Below, one piece after another: positions 45,442 through 54,215 of a stretch of DNA of 64,000 bases. Position 1 is the stretch's first letter, and the number at the start of each line of letters is the position of its first letter. Position numbers and translations under genes: made by a program. A model generated the notes under the pieces. The model did not search any database. It saw nothing but the letters and a program-made list of their open reading frames with translations, and was not told the DNA's origin. Origin of the DNA: a virus (Duplodnaviria; Heunggongvirae; Uroviricota; Caudoviricetes). The stretch covers positions 94,417 to 158,416 of IMG/VR virus record IMGVR_UViG_3300034072_002212, one strand, 5' to 3'.

Positions 45442-46755
45442 ATGACCGATCTCGCGCTACGCGCCCATAACAAGAACTGGCGCATCGACCCGATCGTCCG
45501 ATCGCTCCTCGATACAGACTTCTACAAGCTCATGATGGGGCAGTTCATCTGGGAACGCTACCCCATGCACGTCGTCACCTTCGGCCTGAAGAACCGGACC
45601 AAATCCGTGAATCTCGGCCGAATCATCGACGAAGCAGAACTCCGCGCACAACTCGACTACGTGAAGTCGCTGCGCTTTACCAAGAACGAGCTCATCTGGC
45701 TCCAGGGTGCGACCTTCTATGGCCAGGAGCAAATCTTCAAGCCCGGCTATATCGACTTCCTCCGCCGGCTTCATCTGCCCGACTATGACCTGTCGCGCAA
45801 TGATGACGGCGACTATGTGCTGACCTTCACGGGAACCTGGCCACACGTCACGTTCTGGGAGATCTACGCACTCTCGATCATCAGCGAGCTCAAGAGCCGG
45901 GCGGCAATGCGTTCGCTCAGCAAGTTTGAGCTGGACGTTCTCTACTCCTGCGCCAAGTCCAAACTGTGGGGCAACCTTCAGAAGATCAAGGTCGCAGGCG
46001 TTCGGGGTCTCTCGGACATGGGCACCCGCCGGCGCCACTCGTTCCTCTGGCAGGAATGGGCTGTTGGTGCGGCGCGCGAGGTGCTGGGCGAGGGTTTCAT
46101 CGGAACCTCGAACGCATACATGGCGATGACCATGGATCTCGAGGCAATCGGCACCAATGCCCATGAACTGCCCATGGCCCTCACGGCTATCAGGGCTGGC
46201 CAGGGCGCCACGGACGATGAGCTCAAGCAAGTCCAGTATGAGGTCCTCAAGGGCTGGCAGAACCAATACTCGGGCAATGTGCTCGTGGCCCTGCCAGACA
46301 CCTTCGGAACCACGCAGTTCCTCAAGGACGCCCCACAGTGGGTCAGCCAGTGGCGTGGTTTCCGCCCCGACAGCAAGGCTCCCGATGCGGCGACCGAAGA
46401 GCTCATCGGCTGGTGGAAGCGCATGGGTATGGACCCAGCTAAGAAGCTGGTTCTCTACAGCGACGGTCTGGATGCGGACGAGATTGTCCGCATCTGGAAC
46501 AAGTGGAATGGCGTCGTTCAGGTCGGCTTCGGTTGGGGCACCAACCTTACCAACGACTTCAAGGGATGCCATCCGCGCGGTGAGCACACCCTGGACCCGC
46601 TCTCGCTGGTCTGTAAGGTCACGGCGGCCGACGGTCACCCGGCGGTCAAGCTCTCGGACAACTATACCAAGGGCACCGGCCCCGAAGATGAGGTAGCTCG
46701 CTATCGTAAGATCTTCGGCAGCGAGGGCATGAAGGATGCCCCGGTCTTCGTCTAA
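45442..46755 (+). CDS. pncB: Nicotinate phosphoribosyltransferase
   Basis: LLDTDFYK, DMGTRRRHS, GTSN, GTNAHE, RPDS, YSDGL, FGWGTNLTND, VKLSDN. Confidence 0.93.
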   Translation: MTDLALRAHNKNWRIDPIVRSLLDTDFYKLMMGQFIWERYPMHVVTFGLKNRTKSVNLGRIIDEAELRAQLDYVKSLRFTKNELIWLQGATFYGQEQIFKPGYIDFLRRLHLPDYDLSRNDDGDYVLTFTGTWPHVTFWEIYALSIISELKSRAAMRSLSKFELDVLYSCAKSKLWGNLQKIKVAGVRGLSDMGTRRRHSFLWQEWAVGAAREVLGEGFIGTSNAYMAMTMDLEAIGTNAHELPMALTAIRAGQGATDDELKQVQYEVLKGWQNQYSGNVLVALPDTFGTTQFLKDAPQWVSQWRGFRPDSKAPDAATEELIGWWKRMGMDPAKKLVLYSDGLDADEIVRIWNKWNGVVQVGFGWGTNLTNDFKGCHPRGEHTLDPLSLVCKVTAADGHPAVKLSDNYTKGTGPEDEVARYRKIFGSEGMKDAPVFV

Positions 46756-47093
46756 TGGCTAAGAGCAATCCTCGATACGAGTGTTCTGGTTGTAAGATGC
46801 GGAACACTCGTAACCAGCTCAAGGGCACCAACGGCCATTGTCTTCACTGTAAGACACCGATGCCCAATGCGGCTTGGATGGGAGGCCAACAAGCTTCCCT
46901 GTGTCAGCTGCTCATGGTCCCCAGGGCTGATGAGGATGAGCTCAAGAATATCAGTCAGCAGTCCGGCCTTTCTGAGGCTGAAATCATGAGCGCCGCAATT
47001 CAGATTCAACTACAAAAGTGGTTGCTCGAACCAGAAAATGTTGTAAAGCAGGTGAAGCAAGATCTAATGCTGGCCAAGCTTTACAGGAGATAA
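46755..47093 (+). CDS. Zinc-ribbon plus possible ribbon-helix-helix protein
   Basis: CSGC...HCLHC; LKNISQQSGLSEAEIMSAAI. Confidence 0.5.
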   Translation: MAKSNPRYECSGCKMRNTRNQLKGTNGHCLHCKTPMPNAAWMGGQQASLCQLLMVPRADEDELKNISQQSGLSEAEIMSAAIQIQLQKWLLEPENVVKQVKQDLMLAKLYRR

Positions 47094-47096
47094 CAA

Positions 47097-47921
47097 GTGG
47101 CATACCTTTATCCTTTCCGCATGGCCAGTGGCACCGCAACCATGCTCCCCATCGACGCAAAGCGCCAGCGGGTCCTTCTCGGTGTCCGTTCCAAGAATGC
47201 GTGGGTCTATCCCGGCAAGCTGAGTCTGGCCGGTGGCTTCATGGAAGCCCGCTTCACCGAAGAGCAGAACACCGACCTTATGTCGCAGGCGCGGCAGGCT
47301 GTTCTGAACCTGCTAGGTTGGAAGCTGGTCGCTGACGAGTTCTCCGAAGGTGAGAATCTCGAGGAGTGCGCGGTTCGCGAACTCGGCGAAGAGATGCTCA
47401 TCAATGTCGCAATCGATCAGCTCAAGATGTTCAGCGTTCGGTCCAACGCGCGCACGGACACTCGTGCTCACGTGATCAACGCCTGCTACTATTTCGAGAT
47501 GACCGACGAGCAGATTGAAGCGGCAACTGCCGGCGACGATCTTGAGGAACTGGTCTGGCATGACATGGCGGACTTCGACATCGAGATCCCCTATGCTGCC
47601 CTGGAAGCCAAATATGACATGGCGTTCAACCACTTCGAGGTCATGCTCCAGGGCATCGCCGCGTGGCGCAAGGAACAACGGTTCAAGATCCTAGAGGCCC
47701 AGGTCGCCTCTATGGAGAATGTCCGCGGGTGGCAATACTTTCCGATCATGATGCCCCTGACCGCTAAGGGCGATGGACCTGCAACGATTGGCCATGATGC
47801 CACGCAAATCAAGTTCGAGGTCTGGGACCAGGCTCTGGAGACCTACGGATCGTTTGAATTCCTTCCGGACGCGATCAATGAAGCAATGCGTCTCAATCGC
47901 AAGGCAATGCTCGATGACTAA
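47097..47921 (+). CDS. Nudix hydrolase (probable ADP-ribose pyrophosphatase)
   Basis: LAGGFME...GENLEECAVRELGEEM Nudix box; RTDTRAHVI (R-D-R motif); NHFE. Confidence 0.85.
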   Translation: MAYLYPFRMASGTATMLPIDAKRQRVLLGVRSKNAWVYPGKLSLAGGFMEARFTEEQNTDLMSQARQAVLNLLGWKLVADEFSEGENLEECAVRELGEEMLINVAIDQLKMFSVRSNARTDTRAHVINACYYFEMTDEQIEAATAGDDLEELVWHDMADFDIEIPYAALEAKYDMAFNHFEVMLQGIAAWRKEQRFKILEAQVASMENVRGWQYFPIMMPLTAKGDGPATIGHDATQIKFEVWDQALETYGSFEFLPDAINEAMRLNRKAMLDD

Positions 47922-48519
47922 GAGGACAGCTCTCGCAATCATGCGGACCATGCCTCTCCACAAGGGGCATACCACTATCGCCCAGCAGATGATTGACAAC
48001 TATGATACAGTCATCATCGGCAATGGTTCTGCGGACAAGCCGATCAGCATCCAGAATCCCTTCCCCGTGGAAGTGCGGATGGAGATGTGGAAGCGCGTCT
48101 ATGGCGATCGCATCAAGCTGGTCCCTCTGACTGACCTCGGCGCGACCAAGGACACCAACGAATGGTGCGACTATGTGCTGAAGAAGATCAGGGGTCTCGG
48201 CCTGCCTGATCCCACAGACTATTGGACGGGTTCGCCCGCCGACGCCGTGTGGTATCGCGGTCGCTTCTTCAACAAGGAGTGCGGTTCACCGGCTGACGAC
48301 AATCCTGAGGATTTCATCGCCCGCTACATGCCCAACGGTGTGTTCCGGCAGCTTCACATGGTCGAGCGCACGGGCAACTATATCCCAAGCGCCACTGAAC
48401 TGCGTCAGTTCATGGTGACGCGAGACGACGGTTGGAAGCGTTGGGTTCCTGCTGTAATCCATGATCTCGTCGAGGAGCATTTCCCCGAAGAGTTCAAGGT
48501 AGCGCACGAGGACAAGTAA
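47914..48519 (+). CDS. nadM: NadM/NadR-type (N)MN adenylyltransferase
   Basis: MRTMPLHKGH (HxGH), IGNGSA, NPF...R, PSATELR. Confidence 0.85.
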   Translation: MTKRTALAIMRTMPLHKGHTTIAQQMIDNYDTVIIGNGSADKPISIQNPFPVEVRMEMWKRVYGDRIKLVPLTDLGATKDTNEWCDYVLKKIRGLGLPDPTDYWTGSPADAVWYRGRFFNKECGSPADDNPEDFIARYMPNGVFRQLHMVERTGNYIPSATELRQFMVTRDDGWKRWVPAVIHDLVEEHFPEEFKVAHEDK

Positions 48520-48851
48520 TGGGCGATATGGGAGATCTGTTCAACGATCTCAAAGACATGCGGAAGACTCGAGCCGAGGAACGCACCGCTGAGTTCATGG
48601 CGCGCAAAGCTGATCTTGCGGACAAAATTCGCGAGATTGCGGAAGGTCGCCGTCACGAACTCTACACGGATATCGACGCCAGTGGAACCTGGAATATCAG
48701 GATTTACGGTCGACAAGCCGGACGAAAGGGCGCTACGATCCAATACTATCCCACCAAGGGCACTTGGCAGGTCAAGGGTAGGATGTGGCACGGTGGTCTT
48801 GACTCGTTTGAGAACTGGATCACCAAGAAGCTCGAGAAGCTTTTGTTTTAA
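48519..48851 (+). CDS. Hypothetical protein
   Basis: 110 aa; MGDMGDLFN, YYPTKGTW. Confidence 0.65.
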   Translation: MGDMGDLFNDLKDMRKTRAEERTAEFMARKADLADKIREIAEGRRHELYTDIDASGTWNIRIYGRQAGRKGATIQYYPTKGTWQVKGRMWHGGLDSFENWITKKLEKLLF

Positions 48852-48860
48852 GGGAAGACA

Positions 48861-49319
48861 ATGTCCGCAGTAGTTCAGAGCATCGTATCGGTTGAGCCCC
48901 ACGGGGAGAACCTGAGCATCGTGACCACCAGCGAAGGCCACAAGGTCATCGCCAACAAGCGGGAGGATGGCTCGTTCCGCTGGACTGTGGGCGAACCGGT
49001 GGTCTATGTCAGCGAAGGTTCAATCCTTCCTGAGGACGTGCTCAAGGAGCGCGGCTACTGGGACACCGAGAAGGATCGTGGTCTGCTGGACGGTGGCCCT
49101 CGCAATCGCGTCAAGATGAAGAAGCTCGCGGGCTTCGAGTCGCGCGGCCTTCTGTTCAAGGTCGGCCATCCCGGCGAGGACTGGACCGACGACAACAAGG
49201 ATCCTGAGGTCATCGGCTGGGTTCTGCGTGAGGGACTTCAGCCCGAGGAAGACACCTTGTATGTCAAGATGGGCCAGGACGTCTCTGAGTTCTTCGGCAT
49301 CACTGAGTTCCAGGGATGA
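48861..49319 (+). CDS. OB-fold tRNA-binding-like protein (resembles the N-terminal domain of DRB0094-family RNA ligases)
   Basis: VEPHGENL, VGEPVVYVSEGSILP, RVKMKKLAGFESRGLL, GQDVSEFFGI. Confidence 0.65.
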   Translation: MSAVVQSIVSVEPHGENLSIVTTSEGHKVIANKREDGSFRWTVGEPVVYVSEGSILPEDVLKERGYWDTEKDRGLLDGGPRNRVKMKKLAGFESRGLLFKVGHPGEDWTDDNKDPEVIGWVLREGLQPEEDTLYVKMGQDVSEFFGITEFQG

Positions 49320-49618
49320 TCCGCGAGACTGAGTTCAAGCTCTGGTGTGAGGACATTCGTACGCGCTTCGAAGAGGCGTTCAGTGAGCGTCCTAACCCCA
49401 CACCCAACTTGGTCAATCTGACCTCCCCGGTTCAGGAGCGCATCATGCGGTGCGCCGTCGAAGCACGATATTTCGGGATGGACGACAACCGAGATCACCT
49501 CGCTATCCTCGCGCATCACACGCTTTTGAAAGACGATCTCCGCTTCAAAGGATATCGTCGCTTGAACTTTCTGGAGCACCTGTATGGTATCCAGGAAAAG
49601 CAGGGGCTCTTGACATAG
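49316..49618 (+). CDS. Hypothetical protein
   Basis: 100 aa coupled ORF. Confidence 0.5.
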   Translation: MIRETEFKLWCEDIRTRFEEAFSERPNPTPNLVNLTSPVQERIMRCAVEARYFGMDDNRDHLAILAHHTLLKDDLRFKGYRRLNFLEHLYGIQEKQGLLT

Positions 49619-49647
49619 AGCTAATCCTGTGTTATCGTAGGTAAATA
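49610..49647 (+). promoter_or_regulatory. Tandem early (TTGACA-N17-TATCGT) and late (TAAATA) promoters for pncA
   Basis: TTGACA 49610-49615, TATCGT 49633-49638, TAAATA 49642-49647. Confidence 0.6.
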
Positions 49648-49714
49648 GGGATGGAAGCTAATCGCAAGGTTGAGCAACCATCCCTTGAAACCTCAATGTA
49701 AGTTGGAGGTCATT

Positions 49715-50341
49715 ATGACGATTCAAATCGTGGGCACGGACGCCCATATCATCATCGACATGCAGAACGGCTTCGTGCCCGGTGGCGGTCTTCCCGTCGC
49801 AGGCGGCATGGATATCCTACCCGTCATCAATCGCGTGAACAAGAAGTTCGAGCGCGCGTTCATGAGCCAGGACTGGCACCCCGCAAATCATGGTTCCTTC
49901 GCATCGCAGCACGGCGTGGCTCCCTTCACGATGGTCGAGCTCGACGGTCTGCCGCAGGTCGCATGGCCGGACCACTGTATCCAAGGCACCCACGATGCGG
50001 CCTTTGTCGAGGGGCTCGATGACAGCAACGTGGCCGCGATCATCCGCAAGGGCATGGATCCGCTGGTCGACTCCTACAGCGCATTCTACGACAATGCGCG
50101 TCGCAACACTACCGGTCTGACCGACCTGCTCAAGGCACACGGCATCTGGCGCGTGTTCCTCTCGGGGCTGGCTCGCAACTATTGCGTGGCGTTCAGCGCG
50201 CTCGACGCGGTCACCGATGGCTTCACGGCCTATATCATCGAAGATGCCACCAAGGCAATCGACGATGGAACCAACGACGCAATGACGGAGCGACTGAAGG
50301 CGGCGGGTGTGAGCCTGATCACCTCGGCTGATCTTGCGTAA
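49715..50341 (+). CDS. pncA: Nicotinamidase
   Basis: IIDMQNGF, SQDWHP..H.SF, WPDHC, RKG...DSYSAF, GLA.NYCV. Confidence 0.93.
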   Translation: MTIQIVGTDAHIIIDMQNGFVPGGGLPVAGGMDILPVINRVNKKFERAFMSQDWHPANHGSFASQHGVAPFTMVELDGLPQVAWPDHCIQGTHDAAFVEGLDDSNVAAIIRKGMDPLVDSYSAFYDNARRNTTGLTDLLKAHGIWRVFLSGLARNYCVAFSALDAVTDGFTAYIIEDATKAIDDGTNDAMTERLKAAGVSLITSADLA

Positions 50342-50814
50342 TGGGCACGATCTTCAAGAGCCCTGCGCCGCTCCAGCCGCAATGTAATCGCACCATCTTC
50401 CTCGCCGGCGGCATTTCCAATTGTGCCGACTGGCAGGAAGGGGTTGCGGTGCGAATCGCCGCCGAAGTCCCCGATTGCGTGATCTACAATCCGCGCAGGG
50501 ACGACTTCGATATGTCGGCCTATGAAGAGGTTTCGCGTCAGCAGATCATTTGGGAGTTTCATGCTCTCCGAATGTCCACTGTGAACCTCTTTTGGTTCCC
50601 GGCCGAAACCCTCTGCCCCATCACGCTCTTTGAGTATGGAAGCGCCATCGAGCGTCTCCATGCTGGGGCTGTGATGTGTGGCACTCATCCCGACTATCAG
50701 CGTCGCTTCGACCTCATTGAGCAGACCCGTTTGCGTAACGGCATGCCGATCTTCGATGATCTGGATCATCTGGTCAGCGAGACGATCATCCTGCTCAAAA
50801 GCATTCCTGCTTGA
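50341..50814 (+). CDS. Nucleoside 2-deoxyribosyltransferase-like protein
   Basis: IFLAGGI...DWQ, YNPRR, QIIWE, CPITLFEYG. Confidence 0.8.
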   Translation: MGTIFKSPAPLQPQCNRTIFLAGGISNCADWQEGVAVRIAAEVPDCVIYNPRRDDFDMSAYEEVSRQQIIWEFHALRMSTVNLFWFPAETLCPITLFEYGSAIERLHAGAVMCGTHPDYQRRFDLIEQTRLRNGMPIFDDLDHLVSETIILLKSIPA

Positions 50815-50838
50815 CAGTTCTCCTTTCCTTGCTAGATA
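50811..50838 (+). promoter_or_regulatory. Sigma70-like early promoter
   Basis: TTGACA-N16-TAGATA. Confidence 0.55.
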
Positions 50839-50858
50839 GGTGAGGAAAGGAGACATCA

Positions 50859-51518
50859 ATGGCACCGCCCAAATATCCGCGCACGTTCCATTGGCCGTGG
50901 TCCCAACAGGTCCACAGCGATGACTCCTACCATCAGGATCCCAGCTTCTTCGTCGGCAAGGACGTCTACATCAGCGAAAAGCTAGACGGTGGCAACACCG
51001 CGCTGAACGCAGGCGAAGTCTACGCGCGCTCCACTGGTCAGGCAGCAACGCAGGGCTGGTTTGCCCATGTGAAGAAGTATCACGCCTGGAAGACCGCAAC
51101 GCTGGATCCCAGCATCACGATCTATGGTGAGGACCTCGCGGCACTTCACTCCATTCCCTACCAGCTTCCCATGGACGAGACCTACAAGGTCTTTGCCGTG
51201 CGCGAAGGGGATGAGTTTCTGCCCCTCTATAGTGTCCTCGCTATCGCGGCACAGCTGAACCTCGACGTGGCACCTCGGGTCCACTATGGGACGTTCAATT
51301 CGGTCGAAGAGATCACCAAGTTCTTTGAGACTGAGATTCAGAAGCCTAGCGTCTACGGCACCCAGCGCGAGGGGTTCGTGATGATGACGCCCTATGGCTT
51401 CATGGCCGATGAGTTCAGCCAGAACGTCTGCAAGTATGTTCGCAAGAACCACGTTCAGACGGATGAGCACTGGACCAAGAACTGGCAGTGGAATGATCTG
51501 ACTCCACCCAGCTACTGA
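50859..51518 (+). CDS. RNA ligase (Rnl2-like adenylyltransferase domain)
   Basis: KYPRTFHWPWS, SEKLDGGN (KxDG), IYGE, EGFV, KYVRKNHVQ. Confidence 0.85.
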   Translation: MAPPKYPRTFHWPWSQQVHSDDSYHQDPSFFVGKDVYISEKLDGGNTALNAGEVYARSTGQAATQGWFAHVKKYHAWKTATLDPSITIYGEDLAALHSIPYQLPMDETYKVFAVREGDEFLPLYSVLAIAAQLNLDVAPRVHYGTFNSVEEITKFFETEIQKPSVYGTQREGFVMMTPYGFMADEFSQNVCKYVRKNHVQTDEHWTKNWQWNDLTPPSY

Positions 51519-51577
51519 ATAATGACTCCGAGGGTGGACTGATAGCAAAGTCCACCCGAAGAGTTATGAGGTGACTG

Positions 51578-52099
51578 GTGTCTTTCAAACAGGGTAAGTT
51601 CTACGCTATTCAGTGCGTTGACCGGGACGGCGAAGTCCTGTTCGTTGAGGCCTCAGGTCGCTCTGGAGATCATGCGGAGCGGTTGAAAGCCATTGCGCGC
51701 AAAGCCGGTCGCTTCAATGCCAAGACCTACAACCTCATGGATGATGAGGACGATGACGACTTTGATTACAAACCCGTCCGCGTCAATCAGAACCCATTTG
51801 CTCTTCGCACCTTCTCCATTGATAGTGAACCCAAGCTGATCATCGATCACATGCGGCAGATCCGCAAGAACTGCGGAAATCAGGGTATTGATCCCAACAG
51901 CCTCAAGATTGTGATCGTAGAGACCAGCGTGTCCACGTATGTGCCTGAGAGCCCCAGCGATGAGGAGACAGAACTTCGTCGCTATGTTCTCGAAAAGCTG
52001 AGCCCGGAAGAGCAGAAGCTTCTGAGGGTGGAGCATTGGGCTGTCTACAATAAGCTGGCTGATCGCTCAATGCTGCCAGACGATGAAGAACAGGGTTGA
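51578..52099 (+). CDS. Hypothetical protein (ALKKL.E.E motif family)
   Basis: LRRYVLEKLSPEEQKLL. Confidence 0.65.
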   Translation: MSFKQGKFYAIQCVDRDGEVLFVEASGRSGDHAERLKAIARKAGRFNAKTYNLMDDEDDDDFDYKPVRVNQNPFALRTFSIDSEPKLIIDHMRQIRKNCGNQGIDPNSLKIVIVETSVSTYVPESPSDEETELRRYVLEKLSPEEQKLLRVEHWAVYNKLADRSMLPDDEEQG

Positions 52100-52106
52100 C
52101 ACCAAG

Positions 52107-53204
52107 ATGTCTGGCATTATTCGCAAGCTGGTGAGCAAAGGTAAGAGTTCCTCTGTGGTTCTCCCTAAGGGTGTGCCTCTTTCGGGGCAGACCAACGCCA
52201 CCAATCCTACTTCTCTCGGAAGCCTGATGCAAGCTTATCAGGATTTGGAGAAGGCAGAATCTGTTCCCCACAAGGGTAAGCCAGCAAAGCCTCAAGAGCT
52301 CAAGCTGACCATTGATCAAAAGTATGTCACCATGGGTGACATACTTGGTATCTGCCCCTATGAACTCCGTGAGATCATGGGAGCAGAGTTCAAGGAAGAT
52401 CAGACGCTGATCATCACTCTTCTCAAGAAGTTTGTAAGTGCGGCCAAGCTGGCTAACGCGGTTGATCTCAAGCCGGTTCATGATCGGCTTAAGGATGTGG
52501 CCAAGAAGAATCGCGATAAGGAACATGACTGGCGGCAATCCTGTGACAAGGTGGACAAGGACAATACCGCGATTGACAATCAGGTAAAAGCCAAACGAGC
52601 TGCCTTCAGCAAAGCCTGGGGTGATATCCTGATTGATCTGACGCAGAAGCTTTCCCGCAATCCCAAGGTTTCAAGCCTCGGTGAATGGGACAAGCTCATG
52701 GTTATGGCCATCAGCTTGACCGGTGACAAATACTGCGTCATCGACAAGGTTACCAACGAAGCTCAGCTCAACTTTGCTGAGTGCAAGAACATGCCGCCTG
52801 TGACGGTCTCGAAGTTACCCACAAAGGCTCGAGCCATTCAGCAGGAGTTTGAAGAAGCCAAGTGGCAGAGCTGGTTGTCTTCTGCTTCTGTAGAAGAGCT
52901 CATGAAAGAGCTTTGGAACTTTGATCTCAGGGATGATGACGATTGGAGGCGTGAGCAGCTGGAATGGGCAATCACTGCCAAGACTGGCCGGGTTCCTGTT
53001 CGCGATAAGTGGGGCAATCTCAATTGGCATACCACGTATCAGCAGGCTCCCGATTTCGGCTTTGATGACTTCCTCTATCAGGATGAAGAGGAAGAATATC
53101 GGATTCAGTGTATGAAGGACCTGATCAACTCTAGGGTCGCCCTGGGCGTGAATCCCAAGAGCAAAGGCAAGGTCAAGAGTGGGTCGGGCAAACCTACCAG
53201 GTGA
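52107..53204 (+). CDS. Hypothetical protein
   Basis: 365 aa ORF, helical. Confidence 0.7.
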   Translation: MSGIIRKLVSKGKSSSVVLPKGVPLSGQTNATNPTSLGSLMQAYQDLEKAESVPHKGKPAKPQELKLTIDQKYVTMGDILGICPYELREIMGAEFKEDQTLIITLLKKFVSAAKLANAVDLKPVHDRLKDVAKKNRDKEHDWRQSCDKVDKDNTAIDNQVKAKRAAFSKAWGDILIDLTQKLSRNPKVSSLGEWDKLMVMAISLTGDKYCVIDKVTNEAQLNFAECKNMPPVTVSKLPTKARAIQQEFEEAKWQSWLSSASVEELMKELWNFDLRDDDDWRREQLEWAITAKTGRVPVRDKWGNLNWHTTYQQAPDFGFDDFLYQDEEEEYRIQCMKDLINSRVALGVNPKSKGKVKSGSGKPTR

Positions 53205-53256
53205 ATATAGACAGGTGACGTAACACCTGTTTAACCAACTCTAAAGGCAAAGCCTC

Positions 53257-53631
53257 TTGGAGTTGAATGTGTCCGACGAAGTCAATGAAGACCTTGAAGT
53301 TCTCAAGGAAGAACTCAGCAATAAGACCTACGCCGCAGTGGCTCAGATCCTGCGTCTCTATGCCACATCCTATGTTGGCCGGTTCAACAATACACTCGAA
53401 CTGAACAACACTCTACTCCGGGTCATGGCTCAGATGGTTGGCGAGATGATCGCTTGCTATCCCGAGGATGAGCGAGAAGATGTTTCCATGTGGGTTATTG
53501 ATGAGATGTCTGACGCCGAGGCCGTAATGGCCGCTAGTTTGGATGCGCGCAGGGCAGAGGCCAAGGAACCAGAAGCCAAAGCCGACGACAAGTATGATCT
53601 GGCTCGCATGAAGCCACAGGGGCGGTGCTAA
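53257..53631 (+). CDS. Hypothetical protein
   Basis: 124 aa helical ORF. Confidence 0.55.
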   Translation: MELNVSDEVNEDLEVLKEELSNKTYAAVAQILRLYATSYVGRFNNTLELNNTLLRVMAQMVGEMIACYPEDEREDVSMWVIDEMSDAEAVMAASLDARRAEAKEPEAKADDKYDLARMKPQGRC

Positions 53632-54215
53632 TGGGCCAGAAGCTTTTCAAGATCCGAGACAAGGTCACCGGCAAGTATTGGAATGGTGATGTCCGTCGAT
53701 CCACATTCAACGATGCCGGCAAGTCCTGGAAGAAGCGTGATCAAGCCGAGAACGCGGTAGGCTATTTCCTGCGGTATCGCAGCCGCTACAGTTTTCAGAC
53801 CACACATAGTCTTCCGGATAGCTGGGAGATTGTTGAGGTCGAACTTGTGGAAAAGGAAGTCAGCAAGTCTGACATGACCGAGTTCCTTAAGTTCCAGCTA
53901 CTTCGCAACGAACTCGAGAAGATTGATAGCTCTTTCGTGTATTTCGTTGAGAAGATGCGCGCAAAGAAAGTGCTTGATAAGATTGAATTCCTCTTGGCTC
54001 TCAAGCCGGCTGAGGATGCCTACTATGTGGACATGAGCCGCATCGTAGAAGCACGGTCGCAAATTCGTGGTCTAGGCATTAAGACTCGCACGTTCCGCGA
54101 GGGCAATGGCGTGTTCGGCATGATGGACCGTCAGCAGGCTTTGAGGGCTAGACTGACACTTGATGTCAAGCATGTGGTGGACCTGGCTGCTTTGAGGACT
54201 AAGCTGGGCATCTAA
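53631..54215 (+). CDS. Hypothetical protein
   Basis: FKIRDKVTGKYW N-terminus; likely paralog of 43691-44323. Confidence 0.7.
   Translation: MGQKLFKIRDKVTGKYWNGDVRRSTFNDAGKSWKKRDQAENAVGYFLRYRSRYSFQTTHSLPDSWEIVEVELVEKEVSKSDMTEFLKFQLLRNELEKIDSSFVYFVEKMRAKKVLDKIEFLLALKPAEDAYYVDMSRIVEARSQIRGLGIKTRTFREGNGVFGMMDRQQALRARLTLDVKHVVDLAALRTKLGI

Noticed and set aside
45457-46638. 393-aa minus-strand ORF
   Set aside because: Shadow of pncB
47097-47921. NrtR-type Nudix transcriptional regulator
   Set aside because: No recognisable C-terminal winged-helix domain and the Nudix catalytic glutamates are retained
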